Positions 25,477 to 38,360 of a DNA stretch of 64,000 bases are shown here, in pieces. Source of the DNA: Podarcis tiliguerta (taxonomy: Eukaryota). The notes below the pieces were generated by a model. That model did no database searches and was not told where the DNA came from. It saw only the letters and a program-made list of their open reading frames with translations. The first letter of the stretch is position 1. Each line of letters starts with the position of its first letter. A program made the translations under genes and the position numbers. Location: assembly GCA_965153285.1 (NCBI GenBank), contig OZ229121.1; one strand, written 5' to 3'.

Positions 25477-26922
25477 CCGGATTCAACTTTAAGCCTTTGA
25501 ATTTCCAGGGTTGAAAGAGAGCGTGAAAGAGCATCCCTTTTTCCACTGCCCTTCTTCTTTTTGTTTTGTTATTTCCTTTTCTTTCTTCTCAGCTTCTTTG
25601 TACTGCCAGAGCCAAATCCTGGAAATCTTTGCTCACACGAGCAGCTTTTAAGTCTTATCAGTTGTATCTTTGGAGCGCCTTATAGCTAAAAGCCATGCAG
25701 GTGACTAAGAATTGGCAGGATAGGACCCTACCCTTTTTGAAAAAGAAAGTCAGAGGGGCTCGTACAAATGGGCTCATACGTTGAGGTGACCCCACGTGAG
25801 GTTTGAAACGATCTCACCCCAATTCCTGCCTTTTAAAAAACAACAACAGATTGTTATCAGCGTGTGGGGTTCTAGAATATGCTTTCCCACTCTTATATCG
25901 CTTTGGACATCAGAGGAAAAGACAGTGTTGTCAGAAGATATAATAGCGTAATATAACATAAGCGTGCCCTGTCCTAGTGGCTGTTTGGAAAGAGATATTC
26001 TGATGAAGGATATTTTTTCTTGTGTATAGGTGGGTAATATTAGAAGGTTGAGAAACTTGCAGCAATAAGTGAATATATATCTTAACACTTCAAATATTTT
26101 TTATACATTTCCCTGAATAAATATGGATACGCTAGCAATGCTGGGTGGAGAGGAGCAGTTTTTAATTATACATTTAGTCCAAGCCTATGTGGCAGAATTA
26201 ATCACACAGAACCGAATGCTAATACTAGCTGGCATTTTTCATGGTATTTACTTTCCTACACCTTAAATAGTTAGCAATGCGTATACACGTGTCTGAAAGC
26301 ATGACTAGACTTTTTTCAGTAGAAAAATTAAGAATTTAAATATAATGCATATCTGCTAAAGAGAAACAGATGGCTGAATTACAAATCCATAATACAGTTA
26401 AGGGAAGGACCTGATTTTACACTAAAAAAAAAAAAAATCCATCGGGACTATTGTTGGACTCCTAAAGTATTTACTCGGAAATTCGAGTCCAGGCTTTCAA
26501 GGGGGCATTTCCCCAAGTAAAATATCACTGAAATCCAGGTGCTAATCTACTTCAGTTTACATGAACTGAACTTTAGCTTCTGTTTCCTAGTGAAAAACAA
26601 GGTCCAGTTTAAGCTCATTCGGGGCTGGATGTGATCTCATCGTCTTGGATGAGGCTATCTGAAGGTTGTGGTCAATCTGCTCCATACCTAGGCAGAAGAA
26701 AATCGTACTGAAGTCTGTTGGATTTAATTCAAAAGAATTCAGGAATGGAATAGGGAAATCCTGATGCCGTCTGATTTTATAACTGGGGGAAAACAATTCA
26801 TTGAGCTGAATGCTTAGTTAACTTTTACCGTGGCTACCTAGCGATCTAGCCTTCTGATTGCTAGTTGACTGAATGGATACTAGCCAGTGAAACACATACA
26901 GCTTTGTGAACAATGTCATTTA

Positions 26923-26995
26923 GGCTGCAATCCTATACTCACTTCCCTGGGAGTGAATCCCATTGAACTCAACGAGACTTTCTTCTGACTAGGCA
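26923..26995. mobile_element. Family A MITE-like copy
   Basis: TTA|GGCTGCAATCCTATACTCACTTCCCTGGGAGTGAATCCCATTGAACTCAACGAGACTTTCTTCTGACTAGGCA. Confidence 0.65.
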
Positions 26996-29900
26996 AAATT
27001 CCTCACGCACAAAAAAACCCCACAAAAAAGTCAACCCCTAAACACAAGATGAATTCATTGAACATGCCAATAACTATGGGAATTGTCACTATTTAAAAAT
27101 ATTTCTAGTTTTCTGTCATGCCACCTTGAAACACTCTACGGAATAACCTAGGCAAAACACATCCACCCGAAACTCCGGAATGTAAAGCCCATTTTAAAAT
27201 AATATTGTATGTGTATTTAGTGCAAGTAGATCTGATGGTGGTGACTGTCGTATCACTGTTACTTTCTTTCTCTGACAACTGTATGGTTTATTTTACTTAA
27301 ATTACCGCGAGCAATTCTGAACCTTAGAAGTACTTCGCTGGCCCAGATGTAAGCACCAGCGCCATTAAAGGTTAGACAAGGGTGTGTGTATATAGCAAGG
27401 GCGTCGGAAGACTTCACTTTCTTTAAAGCGTAAGATGGCTTTTCTAAGTCACATGATCCGATGGTTTGCGCGTGCCCCTCACTACAAAGCATCATGGGAA
27501 AATTATTAGTGGCGTTATCTTAACGAATTAATTTCCTTGTCTTCAAAAGAGTGAAATTGCAAGTGTTTTCTCCCTTATCTGCCCAGCTTTCAACATTACA
27601 TTCTAATATCGAGAACATAAGCACTTGGATTGCATCTTTCCTGTAATCCCTCTCTTTCTTCCCCTCTTTCATCTGATTTTCTGATCTGTATAATTCGGCC
27701 TTTGGGAGTTTTTTGTTCTTTCTATCCACTCTGATCACATAACCTCTGTTTTTCGCAGGCTTTGTTTTCACGATTCTCCAAAATCCTAGTAGTTTCCCTG
27801 GCGGCTAGCGTTTCTCGGAAACAGCTCCTCCACAACCACAGGGCTGTATGGTTTGCATATTGGACGCAAACAATGCACTGTGATCTCAGAGAGAAAGACA
27901 CCATGTTTTCCGAAGGGCGTCTCTTTCCAGGGAGCCTGTCCCCTTCTTTTCCTTCTCCACATAACCCTCTGAAATGGGCTTTTCAATAATAATATTTGTT
28001 ATGAAGGTTATTGGGTAATTATTGCAGTTTTTGTGAAACAGTCCTTGCTCGAGGTGAAGTCTGTCTCTGGATAATAAATGGCAGCCCTCGCAGTTCATTG
28101 CCAGGTTAAGTAAATGCAGAAACTAAGATAAATCTGCACACTCCAGAACTCGCCAGCAGAGCTCGCTTTAGACCAAGTTCACAGTCAACTTGCTCTCTCC
28201 GTGGGCAAGGCTTCTCGACTCCCTTGGATCAGGGTCTTGATTAAATAAATAAGATGGCACAATGGCCAGCCTGGATAAATTGCCCGGTCACTGCGCCCCA
28301 CTTCGCATCCAGAATTTACACGTCTACCAATGGAAAGCACATCGTTTCCTTTCAGTATAATCTAGTTAATCTCCCACGCTGGTGTCTGGGCTTTGCGTTT
28401 GATTTTAGAATTCGGTTTCAGTGATGGAAGCCGTTGAGGCTGCTCTTTTTTAAAAAAAAACAACCCCAAACAAACAGCCATGCAGAAACTGCATTCCCTT
28501 AAAATCTTAGCGAAAAGGGAAACAGTCAAGGCTTGATGGCAACAAACAAGAGAGCTGGAGATTCTTTTAAGGAGATAGGAGCTGCTCCGCTTTTGTATAT
28601 CTCTGTGGTTAGGGCGTAACAACTCTAGGTCAAAAAGTTGAGGGTCAAAAGTTTACGTTGTGCGCCACTCTTAGTCATGCGCCCAGACAGAGTTTGATGT
28701 CAATGTTATAGCCAAGATCTTGACTATCAACACAAAAGATAAAATAGCTTTGAGTTAGGCGTGTATCATAGTATGGACTCCAGGTGAACTCTAGTGGTTG
28801 AATGACCTCAATTACCGAGGAAAGGATAGAAAATCCCTCTTTTCAAAGAGTAATGCACGTTGTATTTCATCTTGAATTATCAACCACATTTCCCCCATTG
28901 AATATCGTTGGCTGGTAGATGCATCAGGTGAATGCGGGCGCACATTCCTCCCACCCCCCACCCCCAACAACTGCGCATACACGCACCACCACCAATGCAT
29001 TTTAAAGGTTCGTGCGAGTCCTATCAGAGTCCATCGGAAATTTCCATTGGATTTTAATAGTTCTGAATCTCAGCGAAGTGGACTCTTGTTCACAGAAGCG
29101 TACGCCATAGTACAATTGTCTGGCTTTTAAGTGCCACAAGACTCTGTTTTTGTGTGTGTGTTGTTCGGCTTTGCTACAACAGACTAACACAGCTAGCCCT
29201 CTCAAAAAGGCTCAATGAGGTGCCAGTTGAGTTCTTAACTGCCCAGTGGGTACCAGAAGACTGCCCGCTGGGTGATAGCAATATTTGAGGAAGCGAGTAG
29301 ACTGAGATGACCATCTCACTGCCGGATCCCGCAGGAGTATAAAATACAAGCATGACAATACTGGAGAAGTCCAGATATGCTGTCTTTCTGAGTGAAAGTT
29401 AAGGAATGACCCTATGCAAATTGCATTCCCCCCCCCATCCTTTAGGGTTATACGTTTAATAAGAAATATATAGCTTCACCCTTTTGGCCGCCTTATTTAG
29501 CCACAATGAAGCTTTATTTTTTCCTTCTTTTTTTTCAAAGCCTGTTTGTATCTGAATAACTATTTATTTCAAATAGGGAAGTAGGGATTATTTATTTAGC
29601 TATGAGTAGGATTGCTTCCTGAGATGGATTTTCCGTTTTCACTGTGTTGCCAGGTGTTTTGTTTATTTTGTGTATTTTTTTTTAATCCGAGAAGGTGCGT
29701 TTTTCAGTCCTAAGAAATACAGAATATTTCCCAGAGATCCAGTGAGTGGTTTATTACTAAGCAAATACATAGGAGAGATTGCTCCTTTCAGAGGTGTCGA
29801 AACAGAGATAACGTGCAGGAGAAAGTAAGCAAGTTATTATTAGAAGGCTTTATCAATGCTTTGAAAATACACAAAGAGCTAGGGAACACCTCCCCGTTCG

Positions 29901-31151
29901 AGAAGAAATAGTTTTAATTATAAGGCGAGGACATTGGGCTTCCAGGAAACATATTTGCAATGTATTTTGGTTTTTCATCAGCGACCTTCTCTTGAAAATT
30001 CTCTTGCAACGTCCCCCGTCCCCCCGTGTCTCCTATATGTGCTTTTGCACTGAAATTACCACTGTAAGGTGGGGGGGGGATGCTATTCACAACACACTGT
30101 TAAAAACACGCCTCTGCTATTTCGGTTTTGCCCTTGAAATACTGCATTGCCTATTTGGAAATTTAATTATAGGAAGCATGAACATTGCAAGGCGGAATGT
30201 TTGCCTAAACGTCCCTTTTATATACAGAGGACCAGGGAGACTGTTTCGAAGACAACACTTCTTTGACTCCTCCTGTCCTGAAAAACTTGACTAAAAAAAA
30301 AATAGAGGGAGAAAAAAGAGAGAGAATAAGATCTCTGTGGAAAGCAGCAAAGCGAAACCTGGCTTTCTTTCCCAAGGACTCCTAGTGCCAATTCATTTTG
30401 CTTCCATTTAAGGTGGAATTTTGGGCGGGGGGTGGGAGTGGGGACAAGTTTTTTCAAATACAGAATATTTCCAGAAGGGCTTCAAAGTGCATCTGGAAGA
30501 AGTATTGCCTTCTCAAGTTGGTTTCTATTCATTCATTCATTTTTTTAAAAGGTAAAAATAAAAACGACACAGTGGGCTTTTGTTGCTTTGATCGGAGTCA
30601 TACCCATAGAGTCGGAGGGTCCTACCTCTAGCGCAGCACAGACACTGGTACTTGGTGCGAAACGCGACCTTTGAAAAGATTAGCCTTCTCAGCCTCAAAT
30701 GTAGATGCCAATCGCCCCATCTTCCCCTTCTTTAGAATTGTGCTTATTTACGGTCCTGGACGACCGGGACCTCAAAGTCCAGTTGCCAAATACACACACA
30801 CGTACACACACGAGTTAGATCCTTAGAAATAAAATCACCAATATTTCGGAATGGGGGGGGGAGGAGAACATCCCAACCTCTTGTCCCAAGAATGAACTCA
30901 ATAGGAACTCCATCACACCATCCAGTTCCCTGGAAGGACCTTTTGCTGATTCAAAGGAAGTTTAGGATAAACGCAGCCGCTACGTTATCACAACGTTTAC
31001 ATGTTTTCTCGCCCGGCCGCCTTAAGATTCCTTCCCCATTTGCGAATAAGTGACCTGCCCAGAGCCTCCCTCTGCCCCTTGCTATTTTTTTTAAAAGACG
31101 CTCTTAAAGACCTCGGAAGGGGAAGAAAAAAAACCCCTAAGTCCAAGGCCG

Positions 31152-31168
31152 AGGTGAACTTCAGGTCA
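31152..31168 (+). promoter_or_regulatory. DR5 retinoic acid response element 5' of HOXA4
   Basis: AGGTGA-ACTTC-AGGTCA, matching the Hoxa4 upstream RARE as I recall it, 3.9 kb upstream of the HOXA4 ATG. Confidence 0.85.
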
Positions 31169-34100
31169 GCGCGTCTAACAAATATGAAAATGTCGCTTTG
31201 TGAAGGGCACGCCTTGTTATTTAACAAAGACTGTCAATGTGTAAGATTAATAAGAAACAAAATGCGCCCGGTGTCACTTTTCGGTCACTTTGAAACTTGG
31301 GGCAGGCTTGCATTCAAGAGTGAAAGCTGGGTTAAATATATTCAAAATGCCTCGAATCAAATTCAAGCCAGGCTGCCGGGTGTCGCTCTCCACCGCCACC
31401 CCGCCTCCCCCCCCCCCGCCCGCGTCTCTATTGCTTGCTCGCTCCCTCTCTCCCTCCCAGGCGCGTGGGCAAGTTGGAAAGTTTAATTGCATAGATTATC
31501 TATAAAAGCGCAACCTAAGATTGCGATGCGCGCGCACACACATCTATATTTACACTCTGAACTTGCTAGTCGGGGTTGGCACTCTCCTCTTATCCGTTTA
31601 ACTTGGTTTGCTCCGTTTTGGAGACCGGCTCCTGTTTCTTGGGAACCTGGGATTTATCTTGCCATCAACTTTCATTTCGGTCAATCTTCCACGTTCTTCA
31701 CTGGTTAGCTGCTAAACTTCAGCCTCCCCTGATCTGCGATGATGATGAGGTCTTGGTGCTGAAATCCCCCTCACTGAAATGTGTGTGGTTTTTTAAAAAA
31801 AGATAGGCGATGCTCTGAAGCAGTTTCAGGAGGCCAGGGTTCAGGGTTCGGTGTAGGTTCGTTCCGGGATTTGCTCCGCGGAGCCATAAATCTCTGGAGG
31901 GAGCGGGAGGGGAGGGTGAACGTGGAAACCGCCGCATATGAGATAACAACTTGGTGGTCTTGGCTGGGCTCTTGTTTATGATATGTAAACCGCAAAGACG
32001 AGGAACAGGCCCATCTCTGCAGCCTGATAGAATCCCATGGAGGTGGGGGTGGGGGGTGGGAGAAACCCTGGCTGCTCCCGCAGCTGAGCAGCTTAGGTCA
32101 CCTTGGAGATTTACAGCCCCAGCTCTAGAATCGTATTCATTGCTTGTTGCAACTGAGCAAAGGAGACACCCAGTGGAAAGCTGACCAGGGCGAAACAGAC
32201 CAGGCTCTGAGATACAATCAGGAGAGCTAATATTAAACAGCCCCTGGGACGTTCTCCGAAGGTAATAATCAGCAGACAAAAAAAGAGAAAAGGTACCTGC
32301 TTTCCTTGTATTGTTGTGGTTTCTTTTCTTGTTTTGTTTTGGGGGAAAAATAACCTGCGGTTTTGACGCATGGTGGTTTTCTGGTATTTATCGCCCTCAG
32401 ATGCAAGGGCACCGCTTTATCTCAAGGGAAATTGATAGTGTTTATGTCAGAGGTGCATCTTGCAGTGTTCCCGTGCCAGAATCGCACCGTGCATTTCAGC
32501 GTGTGCGAGAAAAGGGGGAGGGAAAAGCGAAACAAAACCCTGCGCCTTTGCTTTAGCCGTTTAACACCAACCATGGGCTTAATTGTTGCTGTTTGTAAGT
32601 AGCAAAAGACCTCCCCAAAGGGGCAGCTTTGCATCCCGGTCTACTATTCCCTGAAACCAAAAAACGGGTCTGGAGCCGGTTGTCATTCCTGCAAATGTCA
32701 CAGGCGCGCAATCAGCGTTAAAAAGCCAAGTGTTGGATCCTGCTATTTGACTTCCGCATTGTGTGCGAGTGTTTTACGGCCTGCCACTTCCCAGTGGCAT
32801 CATATTTGCTTCCACAGTGTATGGTGCATTCGAGAAAGCTTTGCATACATAGAATATCCACTGGAGATGTGCAGGGTGGGGGGTGGGGAGGGCTCTTGCC
32901 ATTTCCAGGACGGAGGTATTTCCGATAGTATCTGGAAACCAGCACTTTTATTATTATTATTATTAATAGGATTATTACTATTATTGTTGTTATCGTGGAA
33001 CAAGGTCTCAGCAGTTTAAGGGAGACGCACAGAGTAGAGGAAGAGAAATTCAACGAGAGCATAAAAACGGGACCTACTGAGCGCACTGACACACATTTAT
33101 ACACAAAGAATTGTAGCTGGTTAATCTAGATGCAATCGTCATCCACATGAGCGCTATGAGCGGTTGATACAACCGAAAAAGTCATCAGTCCACACTTCGA
33201 GTGAAATAATCACGATGAGAATGAACACTCCTATTATATGGATCTTTTTCTTAAAACTAAACTGGTTCTTTGGGAAGAGGGCAGAGCAGCATTTTATCAA
33301 GTTCCAAATTCTTATTATTTTTAACTAATAATAATATTATATTAAATGGGTGTGTCCCTAAAGGCTCAAATATTAAAAACGAAGGTGGATCACTAGACCT
33401 ACCAAGCGGTTGAATTAATATAAACTATGATAAAGGCTAGTTTAATGTCCAGATTTCAATTACACCCCCCCCCAGGTCAGGCCATCGCCTCCTTTTCCTT
33501 CCTGTCATGCAAACGGATCAATTTCCAGCAATCGTAACGCAAGTCGAAGAGACTATTCACGACGCTCAACTGCAATGTTTACGGTACTTGTGAAAGATAA
33601 CAGTGTGTTCTGTTTTAAATAACCAATTCCTCTCCCTTTCTCGCTTTCTTAAAGGGAAATACTGTTTCCTGGACACTAGATAGCTTTATTTATTTATTTA
33701 GGCATGTGAATGGGCTTAATTCTTGATCTTAACTGCCTCTCTAGTCTGCTGGAGGTTTTGATTAAAATCTATTCACCTTTTTTTCAAAAAAGTCTTTTTA
33801 TATTGGCCTTTCTATTTAATGATATGCCCCCGCAGCTCCAAATTTGCCACGGGGTGGAAGATTTTAAAAATAATTAAATTATCGTAAAAGAGCAACATTT
33901 AAAAGCCCCCGGGCGGTATCAGAGAGAAACAAATAGCTAGTTGCAATTAGGTGGTCTCTGTTTTCATAGGATCGACTGGTCTCATTGATTGCACTGCTAC
34001 CGTCCAATCACTCATTGATGCCCCCGAAATCACGCGATCTCGGGTGCCCTTTTATGTCTCGGGGGGACACTGCGTTTCCTTTGCTTTCCATGACTTGGTA

Positions 34101-35018
34101 AGGGCTGGAGATACAGAGAGCGAAACCGTACGCTGCGTTTGATGTTCGGTTTCAGATTCATATACAATGCTGGCGCTCAGTCACTTCGCTCACACTGTTG
34201 CTACCCACGGCCTGATGCTTGTGGTCAGAAATAGCACACATGCGCAAACTCCCACTGTGTGTTCAGGAGGATATATTATTCCGGAATAAGGACTACCCTT
34301 GGTTCCCTCATCATGATAGCGCACAAGGACGTCTCCTGCGACATACACTTTTGGGCTGCCCCAGATCACTGCCTAAACCACCTTGACCCTAAGTAGCACA
34401 TAGGTGTTTTAAGAAGTAACGACCGTGCGTGGTTAGTCTTAGGTGACCTAGCATGTCAAGCAAGGATCCCTCGCTGCTTTCACTGGGGAAACTCGCTCAA
34501 AGCAGCAGCCCCCTCGCCCACAGCTGCATGGCCCGGAGGCTTTCCTCTCGGCCTAATTTTAGGCCGCTTGCGCCGACTTCGGTTCTGACCGCAGCTGTCT
34601 GGAGCGCGCAGAAAGGAATCTCCAGCTTCTCCTTGCCTCTGCCGCGAGAAAGGCAAGACAGGCAGGCAGGGACTGTCCTGGGCTTGTCCACCAGCGTTTC
34701 ATTTCCTGATCCGGGCTCTGCCAACCGCGTAGCAATTGGCCCTGCCGGTCAGGTGGTGGGGGTGGCACTGGTTTGTGTGTGTGTGTGTGTTTGCGCGCGC
34801 GTGTGTTCCAGGCTCTTGGGGTGGGAACTGGAAAGGAAGGGGGGAGCGGAGGCCCAAACTTTGGCAGCAGGCGCTTGACAACAGCAGCAAGGGGGGTTGG
34901 AGGAGGAGGAAGAGGGAGGGAGGGAAGGAAGGAAGAAGGGGGAGGAGGGGAGGGGCCTCCTCGAGCCCAGAAAAACGACAACGCGAGAAAAATTAGTATT
35001 TTTGCACTTCACAAATTA

Positions 35019-35727
35019 ATGACCATGAGTTCGTTTTTGATAAACTCCAACTACATCGAGCCCAAATTCCCTCCTTGCGAGGAATATTCGCAGCTCGGCG
35101 GCGGCGGCGGCGGCGGCGGCGGGAGCAGCTACCACCACCATCACCAGAACCAGCCCCACCACCAGCAGCCCCATCACCACCATCCTCAGCCGCAGCAGCA
35201 CCTGCGCCAGCAGCACCACCAGGCTCACCCCGGCCAGCCTCTCCCCGATTACTACCAGCGGCCGAGCAGGGAGCCCGGATACCAGCCGCCAGCGCCGCCG
35301 CCGCCGCCTCCTCCGCCTCCTCCTCCCGAGGCGCTGTACCCCGCGCAGCCACCCCACCACTACCCGGAGTCGCCTTATAGCTACAGCAGCCTCAGCGCCA
35401 CTCCCGGCCAGGAGCAGCCGCCTCCCGGAGCCTCGCCGCCACCGCCTGCTCCGCCGCCCCTGCCTCCTCCTCCGCCACCCCCGCCACCGCCTGCTCCACA
35501 GACTCCCGCGCGGAAGGGCCACCATGCCCCGAGCCAGCCCTTGCTCCAAGGCCACGTCCCGCCACCGCCTCAGCCCCACCAGCGCCATTGCGAAGCAGCA
35601 GCGGCGGCGGCGACAGCGCCCGGGGGAATCCCTGCCTGCCCGCTGTTGCCGGACAAGAGCTTGCCCGGCCTGAAAGGCAAGGAGCCGGTGGTGTACCCTT
35701 GGATGAAGAAGGTCCACGTTAACACGG
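35019..35727 (+). CDS. HOXA4: Homeobox protein Hox-A4, coding exon 1
   Basis: MTMSSFLINSNYIEPKFPPCEEY...KGKEPVVYPWMKKVHVNT; donor CGG|GTGAGT after 35727 (709 nt, phase 1). Confidence 0.96.
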
Positions 35728-35959
35728 GTGAGTTGACCACCTTCTTCCAAGGGGAGCCGGGATGGCTTGTATGTGTTTGTGTGCGTGGCGAGGCGGAGGA
35801 GGCTGGGCTAGGCTGGACTCCGAGGTTGGGTGCATATACGTGTGTATGTGTGTGTGCTGGCGCATTTCCTAATTTTAAAAAAGCGCGCACGCACACGTGA
35901 GAAGCCTTTTGTACTCGGGGCCCTTTATCAAGAGATTTACGAGACGCCAAACTGTTAGG

Positions 35960-35995
35960 GCAGTAATTATAGTCCCCATAAATTTAATCGCCCTG
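35960..35995 (+). promoter_or_regulatory. HB1-like homeodomain-site cluster in HOXA4 intron
   Basis: GTAATTAT-AGTCC-CCATAAA-TTTAATCG, the arrangement typical of Hox4 intron elements. Confidence 0.65.
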
Positions 35996-36246
35996 CCTGT
36001 GGCTCTGGGCCACGTCTCTTTGAAGCTTTTCTTGAACCCAAATGCCCGTCACCATTTTTTATGGCTCCCCAATTGTCTCCTATTGTCACGAGCCTGTGAA
36101 CCATTTTCTTCCCCGCTTCTGTGGCTAATCTAAACCCAGTGTCGAGTTATTATATAATAATGATAATGTTCCGTTGCCTTCTTCTCCTTTGTGTCCGTGC
36201 GTGTGTGTGTGTGTGTGCGTGTGTGTGCGCGCCTGTGTGCGCTCAG

Positions 36247-36581
36247 TCAACCCCAATTACACTGGAGGCGAGCCCAAAAGGTCTCGAACTGCCTACACCA
36301 GACAGCAAGTCCTGGAGCTGGAGAAGGAGTTCCATTTTAACCGCTACCTGACCAGGAGGCGACGCATCGAGATTGCGCACACGCTCTGCCTCTCCGAGCG
36401 CCAGGTCAAGATTTGGTTTCAGAACAGGAGGATGAAGTGGAAGAAGGACCACAAGCTGCCCAACACCAAGATGCGCTCCTCCAACCCCTCCAGTCTTAGC
36501 CAGCAAGCCAAAGCGTCAGCACAGCACCATCAGACACCACCGCCCAGGGGTAGGGCGACCCCAAACTCAGCAGCACTCTGA
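36247..36581 (+). CDS. HOXA4: Homeobox protein Hox-A4, coding exon 2 (homeodomain)
   Basis: Acceptor GCTCAG|TC. Translates [80 protein letters not shown]; ERQVKI and NTKMRS are A4-type. Spliced product is 347 aa. Confidence 0.96.
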
Positions 36582-38270
36582 TGGCCCGACAGACGCAGAG
36601 ACGCCCTAACCCATCACACGTCCCGCTCCTGCCTGATTTGATTTGCCATAGGGACTATATTAAGGGGCATAAATGCAGAACAAGAACCAGTCACAGGGCA
36701 CGTGTGTTTAAACCAAAAACCAAAAACAAACACCTTGGACAAAGTGTTCACCTTCTGTAAATATGACCTTTCCATTCCCACCATGTTTCTTTTTTTTAAT
36801 TTATTTATGGAAATACGGTCCACCTGCAGCATCATTAACGAGTTGAGGATGGATCCTGTACCTAAGAAGGACCCTTTGCAGATATGTTTTAAGGTGCCAA
36901 CATATGTTAATAAGTGACTTTGTGACATGTGTGTGTGTAAATCATAGACTTTGTCTTGTTTCGTGGAACATTCATGGACTCTCAATTACAGACAGAAGCA
37001 AAGCCATCTTATGACGTGGAAGTATTTTGGAAGTTGGAGTGGGGAAGGTGCCCAGAGATCCCAGCCCCCTCCAGCCCTGACCGACCAAGAAAGTATGTTT
37101 TCTGTGTAATAAGAACAAAAAAGTGTAGTCTCTGCTGTAGTCGTGATGCATTATCCTCCCCCGACGGTGCATTTGTTACTTTTTTATAAAAAAAAAGAAA
37201 AAGAAAAGTACACCAATATTGCTATAAAGGCTATTTCTGTCTCCGTGTCTTGCCATAGTCAAACGTCCGTGTACAGTTTGTGAAATCTATGTGTACACAT
37301 TTGTGAATGTGTGATGTATATATAATGTCCAGTGCTGGTAATAAAACAAAACAAAACAAAACCACACCTCTCTGTACAAAAATAAAACTTAAGGCACTAG
37401 ACACACCGTGAGAAGCGTGCATTTGCCTAGAATGTGACTTTGTTGACCTAAACATGAAAACTCTCGAGGATGTCATGTGTAGCTGCTGTTCAAGCCATTC
37501 CTTGGGAGAGGCCGAGTACCTGCATTATAGTCGAATTAGTTTTATTAAGGAGTAACGTTTCTCTGTCCCAAACACCCTAACCACTTTATGTGTAAGGAAG
37601 TCACATCGTTTTCGATGACGCTGGCTTCCACATAGGACCATAGACCAAAGCCTCTTTGGAAACCAGGAGTTGGGAGTATTTCCCATTGAAACAGGTTGCC
37701 TGGGGTGTCGTTGTAGATGGGCTGCCATCCAAGTACCCAGTTTTAAGTGAGTTGTGGATCGGCCTGCGCAGCCTGCCCATTTCCCTAAGGAGGCGCTTCG
37801 GCTTAGCCACTCCTTCTACAGGATACAGTCCACTGTGTGTAGAACAAGAAAGGCGTCCATCCCCCAAAATCCTCATTCATGACATGTGTCCTCTGCCTAC
37901 ACCATTGGGGAAATAGAGTTCTTTCCCGCCTTGTGTGAAGAGAAACGGGGCTAATCCAGTAGAATGAAGGGAATAATAACAGTCATAGTAACACTGCACT
38001 ATCAATGCTTAAACATATTGCAGCTTCAGTAGTGACCCCTTGGTTATTCCAGCAGCAGCAACTTTCCACAGGGGTGAAGAGGGTCGAGTTGCAATGGCCC
38101 ACCGCTCTTTGGCAGGGGAACAAACCGGAAGCGTTAAAGCCGCACACCCAAAACATTATGGTAAAGCCAGATGATGCCCTTGACATGGAGGTTCATTGGG
38201 GGGGGGGGGTGTCTTCTGAACAGCTTAACCAACCCATGCAATAAGTACAGGTGAAAGTTGCTAGTTTAAC

Positions 38271-38360
38271 TCTACACCCCCATGGATGTTTACTCCGAGG
38301 CAAGTCCCACTGTTGCACAGTGAGGCTTATTTCCAGGTAAGTGTGTCTAGGGTTGCACGC
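38271..38360. mobile_element. Family A copy (reverse orientation)
   Basis: ATGTTTACTCCGAGGCAAGTCCCACTG..CAGTGAGGCTTATTTCCAGGTAAGTGTGTCTAGGGTTGCA. Confidence 0.55.

Noticed and set aside
22230-35018. miR-10 hairpin in the Hox5-Hox4 interval
   Set aside because: No TACCCTGTAGA mature sequence found on reading. TACCGTAGATTCC at ~25146 is only a short chance resemblance with no hairpin partner. Absence is expected for HoxA.
35016-35750. 244-aa antisense ORF over HOXA4 exon 1, and similar antisense ORFs over HOXA5, HOXA6 and HOXA7
   Set aside because: These are low-complexity mirrors of GC-rich, stop-poor coding sequence, with no independent coding evidence.
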